A stretch of 62,318 nucleotides of DNA, filler included, from an uncultured Methanoregulaceae archaeon (lineage in GTDB: Archaea > Halobacteriota > Methanomicrobia > Methanomicrobiales > Methanospirillaceae): NCBI GenBank assembly GCA_964530035.1. It is 6 parts of 6 records of this genome, joined end to end, with 100 filler letters (N's around TTAATTAATTAA, not from the genome) between each part and the next. Parts side by side here need not be neighbours in the genome. Positions count along the whole stretch, not along the records: positions 10,578 to 20,997 come from CAZGXZ010000086.1; 5 more parts are not named here. The stretch is one strand, 5' to 3'. The translations under genes and the position numbers were made by a program. This document shows, piece by piece, positions 10,578-21,097 of this stretch. Below the pieces are notes generated by a model that made no database searches, had not been told where the DNA came from, and was given only the letters and a program-made list of their open reading frames with translations. Position 1 is the stretch's first letter; each line of letters starts with the position of its first letter.

Positions 10578-11804
10578 CAGGACCACCCCGGCTATCCCGG
10601 GTGCCGGATCAGCCTGGACGTCGATCGGCACCGGTATGTTGTCGGAGGTGTACACCGTTCCCCTCTCATCGGTGTACTGCACCTCGGAGTCTGCCGAATA
10701 GCTCTTGACCATGGCACTGCCATCGGTTTTCACGCTGAATATGGCGGTAGCGGACTCCCCGGGGCTGAGGTCACCGAGGTAGGCGGTGTCGTCATCGCTC
10801 GAAAACGGGTTGATGACACTGATACGCGCCTTCGCATTATAGACCGTCGAGTTTCCGGCATTCCTGTAGGTAACCTTCACGGGGACTTTCGTGCCGGGAC
10901 TGACGACCGATGACGTGTTCACCCGTTCGAACACAATCTTGTCCTGGAACGATACCCCGGCGGTGACCGGGGGGGAGGTCGCGGCAGCGCCCTTGAAGTC
11001 CTTATAGGCCGCGTAGAGGGTCACGGGATATGAAATTCCCGGGGCTGCCTCGCCTGAGACCGCGACCTTGAAAGCCGGCTGGATGGTGCTCCCTGGAGGG
11101 AAGTCCCCGATGTAGACACTGTTGCTGAACGGAACGATCGGACTCGGGGTGGCGGGGACGAGGAAGAGCGACGTACCAATCCCTGTCTCATGGCCGGTGT
11201 TCCTGATGGTGAAGGTGATGATCCCCTCCTTTCCGGCATAGAGGTCTGAACATTCGACCTTATCGACGGTGAGGACCACAACCCGCCTGATTTTTACCGG
11301 CACCGAAAGGACGGCCTCATCTTCCTTGAAATAATACTCCATGTCGGCGGTCCCCTGCTGCTCGACCCGGGGCACATAACTGTAATGGATCCTGGCAAGC
11401 ATCGTGTAGTTGCCGGCTGGGGCAGCCTGAGGGACGTCGACGGTGAAGGTCGCAGGGACGAGCTGTCCGGCCGGGACGTCCCCGATGATCTGGGGGTTGG
11501 ACCGCACCAGCACTGGCGAATCTCCGGGGAGGAGGCCGATGATGGCGGACCGGGCGGTGGTGGGGGGGTACATGGGGTCTGCCGAGAGGTAATTGTGGAA
11601 CTCCATCGTGACGGTGCCCTTGTTCCCAATGGTCACGGGAAGCTCGGTGGTCGCCCCGGGTACCAGTTCAGAGGTCGATCCGAGGGAGACAAAAAGATCC
11701 GGCCCGCCCGAGAGGTAGCGCTCCCCTGCCAGACAGGGGGATACCAATAGTCCGATCCCGATACATGCCATGAATATCCCCGTCATGATTCCCATTCGAT
11801 CCAT
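10578..11804 (-). CDS. S-layer-domain (COG1361-like) secreted protein, 3' end truncated
   Basis: Signal peptide; repeated Ig-like segments with IGDxxPG and T(I/Y)RNxG motifs; start of a C-terminal hydrophobic anchor at the contig end. Confidence 0.7.
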
Positions 11805-12328
11805 CAGAGACCACTCCCCGACCACTATCCAATGTCATTGTATTACGGACCGGATTGTATTAATCTGCCGTAGTAATTCCGGGGTAGCAGGATATGGCAA
11901 AAAATGAAGCCCCTTAAGGTCATCCTGGATAGTATCAAACGGGTACACCCCATCCTTTCCTCTGAACGGGGAGATTGGTCTGAGTGCTATTCCTGAAAGG
12001 GCGTCAATAACAGAGATTTTGATGTAAATGGATCGTCGAAACGACCGAACACGCAAAAGGGAGAGGTTACTCTGATGAAATCCCTCAACCCGCCCACCTC
12101 GGAGAGAATAGTTTTGTCTGGTCCAGGTCCGACAAGCGGAAGTCCCCGTGGACCTGGATCTGAACGACTATCACTATATTGAGTACTGAAAGCAAATTCA
12201 GGTCTCAACCAGTTCTGAATGTAAACAGGATAGCAGGCAGTACGAGCTTTTCCTCCCTGGTCCGATCAAACCTCACAGGGAACCCGGGAGCATGCTTATC
12301 AGGATGGATACTCTACAGATGACAGGAA

Positions 12329-12790
12329 ATGAACAACGACCGTCTTCCTCTCAGGATAATCCCCGAACGGTTTTCAAAACATTTTGCGGCACAGGGTATC
12401 CACCTGCCCGAAGACCACCTGCGTGAACGGAGGAAAGGGTCCCTGCCGTATGGAAGCGGACGGATATTTTTTATCTTCGGCGAAGCAAACGGCCGCGAGT
12501 TCCTTGAATACTATGCCCACCACCGCATTGGCGGCGATGCACATCACCGGATCTATGAGGACGGCTCGGAAGAATGCCTTGAGGAACTGAGTTCCTGGTA
12601 TGCCTACAACCCGGCCATACCGGGAGACATGGAGAGAAAGGAGGCTGAAATGAAGAAAAAATACCAGGAAACCCTTGATGACCTGACCAGGAAGGGAATG
12701 TTTGATGGTGAACCGGTCCCTGGCGATATGGCCGTGAACAGCTACCTGGTACTGCACGGCGATGAGCCGGACCAGGAAGATAGGGAGTGA
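12329..12790 (+). CDS. Hypothetical protein (153 aa)
   Basis: ATG after ACAGGAA; protein-like composition; His-rich YYAHHRIGGDAHHRIYEDG segment. Confidence 0.7.
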   Translation: MNNDRLPLRIIPERFSKHFAAQGIHLPEDHLRERRKGSLPYGSGRIFFIFGEANGREFLEYYAHHRIGGDAHHRIYEDGSEECLEELSSWYAYNPAIPGDMERKEAEMKKKYQETLDDLTRKGMFDGEPVPGDMAVNSYLVLHGDEPDQEDRE

Positions 12791-13124
12791 GCAGCTTCAA
12801 GGTAAATATATCCAGATAATCGATCCTTCTCCCCTCAAATTACCGAGAGCACCCGAACGTATCTTTGATAGGTGTATTAGGCGATCTTCTTAGAAATGAA
12901 CACTTGATGGCCCTCTTTCTGGCGTATGAAGTGGTCGCCCTTGTTTTCTGTAATGATGTCCCCCAGAGGGACAGGATTGATTAATAACAGCATACCTTGG
13001 TTTTCTTCATTGTTTTGGGACCCACGAAGTTACCATTCGTTGAATAAAGCAATTAATACTATTTTGGGAGTTTTTTTCTCCTCTAACCGTGTAAGTCCTC
13101 GGTTAAAAGAATGAAAAATTCCTT

Positions 13125-14060
13125 TCAGAATACATACGTTGTCCCGACCGTATTCAGGATGCACTTCCCCGGCATCGCCTCCATGAACCGGTTGATGGCG
13201 TCCCATCCCGTGCAGTGCATGGGCACGACGTAATCCGGGCTGAACCGGGCAATGGCGTCCATGGTCGGGCGGATCCGCGGAGCAACGGCCGGGCCGGTGA
13301 GGTGGAACCCGCCCAGGATAGCGTGGACCCGGTCGATACCGGTCACCTCCCGGGCATATGCCACGGTGTTGGCGATACCGGCATGGGCACAGCCGCTCAG
13401 GACAACAAGGCCCTTGTCCTTCACGCTGATGACGACCGCCTGGTCATCCCGGATCGGGTCCGGAACCCATTCGCCGCCGACATACATCTCCATGCCGGGC
13501 ATCCCTGTCTCGAAGGGTACTTTCCGCTCCACTTCGCCGGTCACGAGGACCAGCCCCGATGCGGCAACAGAGGATCCGGGCACCTTCCTGATGTCCGCCC
13601 CGGCAGCTTCCAGCGCTGCGCCATCTACCGGCGGGAGCTCCACCAACCCATGTACCGGGTTATTCAGCCTGCGCCGGATGAAGGCATCCGGGTGGGCGGT
13701 GAGCGGTATCCTTCGCCCCGCACTGCAGAAGAAGCCGGCAAGCCCGCCAGTATGGTCAAAGTGCCCGTGGCTCAGGACAACCGATTCTGCCGTCGTAAGG
13801 TCGATCCCCATCTGGCGGGCGTTCCATGCCATGCAGTCCGCCGAAAGGCCCGCATCGAGGAGGAGCGTGTGCTCCGTCCCGCCGGAGGAGACCCTCACGA
13901 GACAGGAGAAACCGTGCTCCGCGAGGACCGGACGGGCGGGATTGAACGGGAGCCGGCGTTCGACGGGTGTCGTTTGCGGTGTAAAGATATCGATGTAGTT
14001 GTCAACAAGGACCGTAATCTCCGCCCGGTCGGCGGGTCTCATCGTGGTATCCGTCATCAT
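13125..14060 (-). CDS. MBL-fold metallo-hydrolase (COG1237; dihydropteroate-synthase-like MBL family)
   Basis: ITVLVDN, AEHGFS, LSHGHFDHTGG, DDQA, GCAHAG, GGFHL, PMHCTG. Confidence 0.88.
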   Translation of the reverse strand: MMTDTTMRPADRAEITVLVDNYIDIFTPQTTPVERRLPFNPARPVLAEHGFSCLVRVSSGGTEHTLLLDAGLSADCMAWNARQMGIDLTTAESVVLSHGHFDHTGGLAGFFCSAGRRIPLTAHPDAFIRRRLNNPVHGLVELPPVDGAALEAAGADIRKVPGSSVAASGLVLVTGEVERKVPFETGMPGMEMYVGGEWVPDPIRDDQAVVISVKDKGLVVLSGCAHAGIANTVAYAREVTGIDRVHAILGGFHLTGPAVAPRIRPTMDAIARFSPDYVVPMHCTGWDAINRFMEAMPGKCILNTVGTTYVF

Positions 14061-14182
14061 GTTTACCTTCCATGAATCTCCAGCCCGGGGGGGTTCCTGC
14101 GGGAGCAGGTGGCCGGGGGATTGTCCCCTTCCCGGGCTTCTTGCTCCCCCGGCAGGCCGGGATGCCGGGTTCTTCTCTCGTT

Positions 14183-14830
14183 TCAGTCAATCAGCAACAG
14201 CGCCATCAGCTGCGGGTGCCCCTGCACCGGGAACCGTATCGGCATCCCCGCTTTCCCTGCCGTCTTCACCATGTTTACGCCGACAGCGTGCTCCGCTATC
14301 CGGGCCTGCGTGGGATGGATACAGATGCCGCCTTTGACATTGCAGGTCTCGCAGAGCCGGCACGAGCCGTTGATGAACGCGAGCGCAAAGGGGTTGCCGG
14401 CATTGAACGCCGTCCGTTCGAGCTCGAGCATCATCGGGGCAAAGGTGCCGGTACCGTTGAAATGGTCGTTCCAGAACTGCGTTGCCTGCTCCTTCTTGTC
14501 GGCAGGCGCATCGGGGTCGAGCCAGTACCGGTAGATCGAGCAGATCACGTCCGGCTCTGCCTGTGCCGGGGAGATGAACTTCACGAGCAGGGCGTACCGG
14601 TACTCGGCGAGGATCTTCCGGAACTCGTCCGGCGTCGGGACGTACGGCGGACAGGTCAGCTTCTTCCCGTACCCGATACAGCCGGTCCGGCACTTCATGG
14701 GCACGCGGTTCTCCACAACGATCTCCGACGCCGGGATAACCTTCGCGCCGGCAGCGCCGAGTTTCTTTGCCTTTTCCACGAGATATGTATAATTTCCGGA
14801 TTCTTGTTCCCCTTTTCCTATGCTCATCAC
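14183..14830 (-). CDS. DUF2284-family predicted metal-binding protein
   Basis: KCRTGCIGYGKKLTCPP and GSCRLCETC...CIHP...HAVGVNM cysteine pattern. Confidence 0.8.
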   Translation of the reverse strand: MMSIGKGEQESGNYTYLVEKAKKLGAAGAKVIPASEIVVENRVPMKCRTGCIGYGKKLTCPPYVPTPDEFRKILAEYRYALLVKFISPAQAEPDVICSIYRYWLDPDAPADKKEQATQFWNDHFNGTGTFAPMMLELERTAFNAGNPFALAFINGSCRLCETCNVKGGICIHPTQARIAEHAVGVNMVKTAGKAGMPIRFPVQGHPQLMALLLID

Positions 14831-14886
14831 CTCAGCCCTTGTCGTTCAATGTCTTCAATCATTCCAGGTACCGGTGATCATTCCTT

Positions 14887-15420
14887 TTACCCGGTTATGA
14901 CATTGGTTACGAAAGGTTCGTCGTCCCGCTTTGGCTGCCCGAACTCAGCAGACTGCATGAGGGTGGAGGTAATCTCATGGTGGAATGCCTGATCACTCTC
15001 ATGCACAAGGGGTTTGAGTACGTTTTCATCAATGTCCCCGATGAAAAACAGGTCGATATATTTCTTTAATCCGGCATTCGCTTTTGTAAACGAACCGTAG
15101 ATGAACATGCACCGGATATTTGCCATACCTGCAAGGTTTTCTTTCACGACTCGAACGATACCCACGGTTTTCAGCACGAACTTCCGGAGGTCTTCGTACA
15201 GCAAAAAGTCCTCGTTTATGGGGTAATAATGCTGGTTTCCCTTTAGTTTTCCAGAGATGAGCCCAAATAACCGGTGGTTGGGAAGCTGCCGCCGGACTGG
15301 ATTCATTTTTTCGTCAGTTATCCGGATAATCTCCCGGGCATGCTATTCCCGCCCTGGCGTGATCAGGAAGAACATGAGCTGTTTCATATGGGTCTTTGAG
15401 GAAATGATCGCTTCCTGCGT
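14887..15420 (-). pseudogene. Decayed winged-HTH plus minimal nucleotidyltransferase gene
   Basis: Frame continues upstream of the listed ORF as (ACG)QEAIISSKTHMKQLMFFLITPGRE*HAREIIRIT; internal TAG at 15343-15345, probable start mutated to ACG; NTase motif YGSF...IDLFFIG is degenerate. Confidence 0.7.
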
Positions 15421-15505
15421 GAATACAAATTTTATTCAATTGAATACCAGATGTATTCGTTTTCCTTTCAGGATGATGCAGAGGATGGGGAAATATTGCA
15501 TTTCT

Positions 15506-15592
15506 AGCTTCGTTGAAATCCTCCGCATCCTCTATTTTATTCACCGCATTATGAGCGATCTCCCTCAGCTACAACTCTAATGATAGGATTTC
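15506..15592. repeat. Degenerate direct repeat copy A (IS5-family end/MITE-like remnant)
   Basis: 15515-15592 aligns ungapped with 16143-16220 (58/78 identical by hand count); begins GCTTCGTTGAAATCC. Confidence 0.6.
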
Positions 15593-15743
15593 CTAGGATA
15601 ATGCTAAAAATGGCCTCATAATATGGAGATTTTATATGGGGTTTTTCATGGTCCGGGTGTGAACTCCTGTTCATGTGTGTTTTAAGAGAGCCGATTTTTT
15701 AATTTTAACCTCGAACAGGCAGAGGATGAGACTAAGTAGGACA

Positions 15744-15961
15744 GGGGGGCTGCCGCCCCCCAAACCCCCTGCATACGATAGCCATGGCAAGCCGTTGTCG
15801 ATTCCCTTATCAGGGTTGTTTGTGTTATGGCTTTTGTAGTTTTTTTGTCTTCAGCGAGGTTTTTTCAGATCTAACCATTAATGAAAGGCCGTGAAACCGC
15901 CGCCGGGGCGCCCTTCGGGGGCGGCGGTGTATCTTTTCGGGGGTGTGGGGGCACACCCCCA
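15744..15961. repeat. ~215-nt GC-hairpin-capped interspersed repeat, copy 1
   Basis: Colinear with 21098-21310; 15749-15797 identical to 21098-21146; hairpins at both ends plus an internal CCGCCGCC/GGCGGCGG stem. Confidence 0.85.
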
Positions 15962-16133
15962 CTGGAGGGTTTATGTTTATCGGATATCGGGAAAGGTGAG
16001 AACGGATATTCGGCAAGATCTGAATCAATCTGAAAGGTTTCGAAAAATTTCAGATCCCGTTTCTTCAATTATACAGATTCCCTGATAATTATGTCTGGCA
16101 AGGAAGAATTATTCGTTAAAATTGAGATTTTTT

Positions 16134-16229
16134 GGCTCTGTGGGAATCCTTTACCTCCTCAATTTTATTCACCCCATTATGCGAGACCACTATTAGCTAC
16201 AATTCCGATCATACGGTTTCAACATAGCT
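16134..16229. mobile_element. Degenerate ~96-nt MITE-like remnant, copy B
   Basis: Imperfect terminal inverted repeats GGCTCTGTGGGAAT / GTTTCAACATAGCT; internally similar to 15515-15592. Confidence 0.45.
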
Positions 16230-16465
16230 GAATATTGAATATCCAAATAATCGCGCCATTCCTAGCATATGCCATTTATTTTCCTAGGATGTTTTTCATA
16301 CCAGCCCTTTTTTACTCTCTTTTTCAGAGTGATGATGCCAGAGGGTATGATGTATGTGCGTGCCCCCCCCTTTGAATAAGGACACAGAATCGTCATACCG
16401 TTAGTAAACAAACAACAGGACACCTTCATTGGGGAACCATCCTCGTAAACCCGGGGATATCCCCT

Positions 16466-18406
16466 TCAGGTATCCGGCTCGCCCAACCGTTCCCTGAATG
16501 ACCTTGCCTGGTCACGGAGGCGGATGGCCTCTTCGAAGTCGAGCCTGTTGGCGGCCTCCTTCATCCGGGTTTCAAGTTCAATGATGAGGTTCGGTATCGC
16601 GGTCTTCGGGACGTGACGGGTGTCCCTGATGTCCACTTCCTGCTCCCTGACTGGTTTCCTGATGGTCGCAGGGATGATCCCGTGCTCCTCGTTATAGGCA
16701 ACCTGCATCCGGCGTCTCCGGGAGGTCTCCGACAGGGCTTCCCGTATGGACCCAGTGAGGGTATCTGCATAGAGCACCACGTGAGCATTTGCATTCCTTG
16801 CTGCCCTTCCGATGATCTGGATGAGGCTCCGTGCATCCCGCAGGAAGCCTTCCTTGTCGGCATCGAGGATACCGATGAACCCTACCTCCGGAATGTCGAG
16901 TCCCTCCCTGAGGAGGTTGATGCCGACAAGGACGTCGAACTTGCCCAGCCTGAGCTGCCGGATGAGCTCAATCCGTTCGAGGGTATCGATATCGGAATGG
17001 AGGTACCGGGTCCTGATGCCTTTTTCTGCGAGGTATTCGGTCAGTTCCTCCGCAAGCCGTTTTGTAAGCGTGGTGACGAGCACCCTGTCCCCTTTTTCAA
17101 CGGTGGCTCTCACCTCCCGCATCAGGTCATCGGTCTGGCCCGCTATCGGACGCACTTCCACGACCGGGTCGACAAGACCGGTAGGCCTGATGATCTGCTC
17201 GACCACCTGCCCGGAACATTCACGTTCATAAACCGCAGGGGTGGCCGAGACAAAGATTACCTGGTTCATGTACTGCTCGAACTCTGAGAAGACCAGTGGC
17301 CGGTTGTCAAATGCACTCGGGAGCCTGAAGCCGTACTCCACCAGGGGGACCTTGCGCGAGTGGTCGCCGTTATACATCCCGTGGAGCTGGGGGATGGTCT
17401 GGTGGCTCTCGTCGATGAACATCAGGAAGTCTTCGGGGAAGTAATCCAGGAGACAGTAGGGTTTTTCTCCGGGTTTACGCCCATCGAAGTGGCGGGAATA
17501 GTTTTCGATCCCCTTACAGCTCCCCGTCTCCCGGATCATCTCGATGTCGAACAGGGTCCGCTGTTCCAGGCGGTGTGCCTCGAGCATTCCGAGTTTCGGC
17601 AGTTGCTCCCTGAGCTCGTCCTGTATGGAGTGGATTGCGCGCTCTTTTTCCTCCTCGGGGATGACGTAGTGCCGGGCCGGAAAGACAAAGAAATACTTCA
17701 TTGTTTCCTTGACCGATCCCGTGGTACGGTCGATCTCGGCTATCCGGTCGATGGTGTCCCCGAACAGTTCGATACGGATGATGTTGTTGAAGTACCCGGG
17801 CACAAGGTCGATGGTATCTCCCTTGACCCGGAAACGGCCGGGAACCAGTTCGAGATCGTTCCGTTCGTACTGGCTGTCGATGAGCCGTGTTATGATCTCC
17901 TTCCTGTCAACCTTCTGTCCAACCGAAAGGTCAAATCCCATTGACTCGAAGGTTTCGGGACGCCCGAGACCATAGATGCATGAGACAGAGGCAACAACGA
18001 TGACATCGCGCCTGGAGAGAAGCGATGCCGTGGCAGAAAGGCGGAGCATCTCGATCTTGGGGTTGATCTGAGCGTCCTTTTCGATGTACTGGTCCTTCTG
18101 GGGTATGTATGACTCCGGCTGGTAGTAGTCGTAGTACGAGACAAAGTATTCAACCCGGTTGTTTGGGAAGAACTCCTTGAACTCGTTATAGAGCTGCGCC
18201 GCAAGGGTCTTGTTGTGTGCGATGACAAGCGTCGGGCGCTGGACCTGCGCGATCACGTTTGCCATAGTGAACGTCTTTCCCGACCCGGTGACACCAAGGA
18301 GGGTCTGGCACCGGTGCTGCTCTCCGACACCCGAAACGAGGTTCCTGATTGCATCCGGCTGGGAGCCTGCAGGGGAGAAGGGTGATACCAGTTCGAAACG
18401 GTTCAC
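16466..18406 (-). CDS. uvrB: Excinuclease ABC subunit B
   Basis: LLGVTGSGKT, SYYDYYQPE, FIDESH, GINLLREGLD, IGRAARN, C-terminal UVR domain. Confidence 0.97.
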   Translation of the reverse strand: MNRFELVSPFSPAGSQPDAIRNLVSGVGEQHRCQTLLGVTGSGKTFTMANVIAQVQRPTLVIAHNKTLAAQLYNEFKEFFPNNRVEYFVSYYDYYQPESYIPQKDQYIEKDAQINPKIEMLRLSATASLLSRRDVIVVASVSCIYGLGRPETFESMGFDLSVGQKVDRKEIITRLIDSQYERNDLELVPGRFRVKGDTIDLVPGYFNNIIRIELFGDTIDRIAEIDRTTGSVKETMKYFFVFPARHYVIPEEEKERAIHSIQDELREQLPKLGMLEAHRLEQRTLFDIEMIRETGSCKGIENYSRHFDGRKPGEKPYCLLDYFPEDFLMFIDESHQTIPQLHGMYNGDHSRKVPLVEYGFRLPSAFDNRPLVFSEFEQYMNQVIFVSATPAVYERECSGQVVEQIIRPTGLVDPVVEVRPIAGQTDDLMREVRATVEKGDRVLVTTLTKRLAEELTEYLAEKGIRTRYLHSDIDTLERIELIRQLRLGKFDVLVGINLLREGLDIPEVGFIGILDADKEGFLRDARSLIQIIGRAARNANAHVVLYADTLTGSIREALSETSRRRRMQVAYNEEHGIIPATIRKPVREQEVDIRDTRHVPKTAIPNLIIELETRMKEAANRLDFEEAIRLRDQARSFRERLGEPDT

Positions 18407-19990
18407 GGCCTCAGCTCCTTTTTCCGAAGCAGCCTGTGATAGGCAATGGCAAAACGGTGTGCCTCGTCCCGGATCTCCCTGAGATACAGGAGGCCGCGGT
18501 CATCCCTCCGGAGCTTCAACGGGTACGGACATGAAGGGAGGTATATCTCCTCCTCCCTCTTGGCGATTGCGGCAATCGGGAGGTTTATTTCCAGGCGGTC
18601 GAGCGAGTCGAGCGCGGCATTCAGCTGTCCCCTTCCACCGTCGATGAGGACCAGGTCCGGGAACGGCGCCCCTTCGCGCGCAAGGCGGGAATACCGCCTC
18701 CCAACGACTTCGCCAATGGCCGCTAAGTCGTCGCTGCCTNNNNNNNNNNCGCCGGTACTCCTTTTTATCGGGTTTTCCCTCCCTGAACCTGACCATCGAC
18801 CCGACGACCGCCGTCCCGCCCGTATGGGAAATATCAAAGCATTCGATGACCGAGGGCGCTTTTTCAAGGGAGAGTGCAGTCATGAGCGCGGCCACCTTTA
18901 TTCGTCCTCCCTGCTGTGACGCCTCGATGTTTTTTCTGACGAGGTCGAGGAGGTGTTTTTTTTCACCGGCCTTCGGGACGGTTATCGTTACCTTCTTGCC
19001 AAGCCGGTGGGACAGGTATTCTGAGACGGCGGATGGGAGCGGCTCCGGGACGATTACTTCAGAGGGAGGTTCGTTATCTCCGTAATACTGGACGATGAAC
19101 TCCTCCAGGAAACCGGAACGGGCTGGAAAGTGAAAGTCCTGCTTTTCGATAAGACGCCCGTTCTGGATCGAAAAGACCGTGAGAAAGGTTGTACCGTCAA
19201 AGTCAAGGTAATTGATACAGTCTTCATCGCAGCCAGGCCGTCGCTGGACATACTGCCGGGACGAAAGGTGTTTTAAGGCTGAGATCTGGTCACGGATATG
19301 AAGGGCCTCTTCAAATTGGGACGAGTCGGACTTTTCCTTCATCTGCTGCTCAAGGTCCCTTACAAGGTCGCCTGTCTTTCCCTTCAGGAAGAGGTCGGCG
19401 TGCCTGACCTGACCATGGTAGTCGTCCTTGGTCACTTGGGACTGGCACGGGGCGCTGCAGGTCCCGAGGTGACATCTGAGACATGCCCGTTTCCGCATGG
19501 TGCGGCAGCTCCGGAGCCTGAAGATCTTTTTTGCCAGGTGGAGGACCCTGTCACGTTCTGCAGCCGATGTGAAGGGTCCATAATAGCTGCCCGTTCCCGT
19601 ATGCTGGCGCGCGATCCCGATCCTTGGGAACTGGTCGTCAGAGAGGTGGATGTAGGCATAGTTCTTTGCGTCCCGCAGGTCGATGTTGTATTTCGGCTTG
19701 TTGGCCTTGATCAGGTTATTTTCAAGGATGAACGCCTCGACCTCGGTACTGGTCACGATGAAGTCAAGGTCTTTCACCTGGTCGAGCATGCTCTGTATGC
19801 GCGCCTCGTGGTCTTTCTTGTGAAAGTAGCTTGAGACCCGTTTCCTGAGGTTCTTTGCCTTACCGATGTAGAGGATGGCCCCGTCACGGTCCCTGAACAG
19901 GTAGCACCCGGGGGTTTCAGGGAGTGAGGATGGATCTATCCCTTCGCCAGTACTGACTTCAGGTATTTCCCGGTATAGCTCTTCCGGCAT
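18403..19990 (-). CDS. uvrC: Excinuclease ABC subunit C (one gene split by a 10-N gap; no C-terminal HhH domain)
   Basis: GIY-YIG PGCYLF...[15 protein letters not shown] domain; RNase H-like [24 protein letters not shown]. The frame change coincides with Ns 18740-18749. Start codon uncertain. Confidence 0.93.
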
Positions 19991-20997
19991 CGTGCGATCT
20001 CCTCAGGTGTCCCCTCGGCGATTATCCTTCCGCCCCCGTCCCCTCCCTCGGGGCCAAGGTCAATGAGGTGGTCTGCGGACTTGATGACATCGAGGTTGTG
20101 CTCGATGACGATAACCGAGTTCCCCTTTTCAACGAGGGCATCGAGCACGGCAATCAGCTTCTTGACGTCATGGAAGTGCAGACCCGTGGTGGGCTCGTCA
20201 AGGAGGTACACGGTTTTTCCTGTTGCGCGCTTGGCGAGTTCCCGGGTGAGCTTGATACGTTGGGCTTCTCCCCCGGAAAGAGTCGTTGAAGACTGCCCGA
20301 CCTTGATATAGTCGAGACCGACCGCTGAAAGGGTCTCGAGCTTCTGCCTGATGGAGGGGATGTTCCTGAACAGTTCAAGTGCCTCCTCGACCGACATGGC
20401 AAGGACCTCGGCGATGGATTTTCCACGGTATTTCACCTCGAGGGTCTCCCTGTTGTAACGGGTCCCCTTGCACTCCTCGCACTCGATGTAGACATCGGGG
20501 AGGAAGTTCATCTCGATCTTGATGAGCCCCTCTCCCTGGCATGCCTCACAGCGCCCACCCTTGAGGTTAAATGAAAACCGTCCCGGTGCATACCCCCTCA
20601 CCTTCGCGTCCTTGGTCTCTGCAAAGATCGCGCGGATATCATCAAAGACCTTCGTGTACGTCGCCGGGTTGGACCGCGGCGTCCTCCCGATCGGCGACTG
20701 GTCGATGACGATGACCTTGTCGACCGGGATATCGGTCTCGAGGGAGTCGTATTCACCTTCCTGCGACCGGGTGTGATGGACCTGCTTCATCAGGGCGGGG
20801 TACAGGGTATCAGATATCAGCGTCGACTTCCCGCTGCCGGAAACACCCGTGACGACCGTCAATACACCGAGGGGGACGTCCACGTCGATCTCTTTTAAGT
20901 TATTTCCCCGGCACCCTTTCAGCCGCATGAACCCCTTCGGCTTCCGCCGGGTTGCAGGGATCTCAATCTTCAGCTCACCCTTCAGGTACTGCCCGGT
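19936..20997 (-). CDS. uvrA: Excinuclease ABC subunit A, C-terminal part (5' end cut by contig end)
   Basis: [25 protein letters not shown], zinc finger CEACQG...[23 protein letters not shown]. Confidence 0.97.
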   Translation of the reverse strand, partial: TGQYLKGELKIEIPATRRKPKGFMRLKGCRGNNLKEIDVDVPLGVLTVVTGVSGSGKSTLISDTLYPALMKQVHHTRSQEGEYDSLETDIPVDKVIVIDQSPIGRTPRSNPATYTKVFDDIRAIFAETKDAKVRGYAPGRFSFNLKGGRCEACQGEGLIKIEMNFLPDVYIECEECKGTRYNRETLEVKYRGKSIAEVLAMSVEEALELFRNIPSIRQKLETLSAVGLDYIKVGQSSTTLSGGEAQRIKLTRELAKRATGKTVYLLDEPTTGLHFHDVKKLIAVLDALVEKGNSVIVIEHNLDVIKSADHLIDLGPEGGDGGGRIIAEGTPEEIARCRKSYTGKYLKSVLAKG

Positions 20998-21097
20998 NNN
21001 NNNNNNNNNNNNNNNNNNNNNNNNNNNNNNNNNNNNNNNNNTTAATTAATTAANNNNNNNNNNNNNNNNNNNNNNNNNNNNNNNNNNNNNNNNNNNN
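20998..21097. other. Artificial contig linker
   Basis: N run with central TTAATTAATTAA. Confidence 0.97.

Noticed and set aside
12029..12165. CTGATGA, GAAAC and a TCCAGGTCC/GGACCTGGA stem suggesting a hammerhead ribozyme or C/D-box sRNA
   Set aside because: Hammerhead stems I and II cannot form next to the core motifs, and C/D spacing with internal D'/C' boxes is unconvincing.
18740..18749. Apparent frameshift in uvrC (similarly at 2448-2547 and 48314-48347)
   Set aside because: Frame changes coincide with N gaps of estimated length; not evidence of pseudogenes or recoding.
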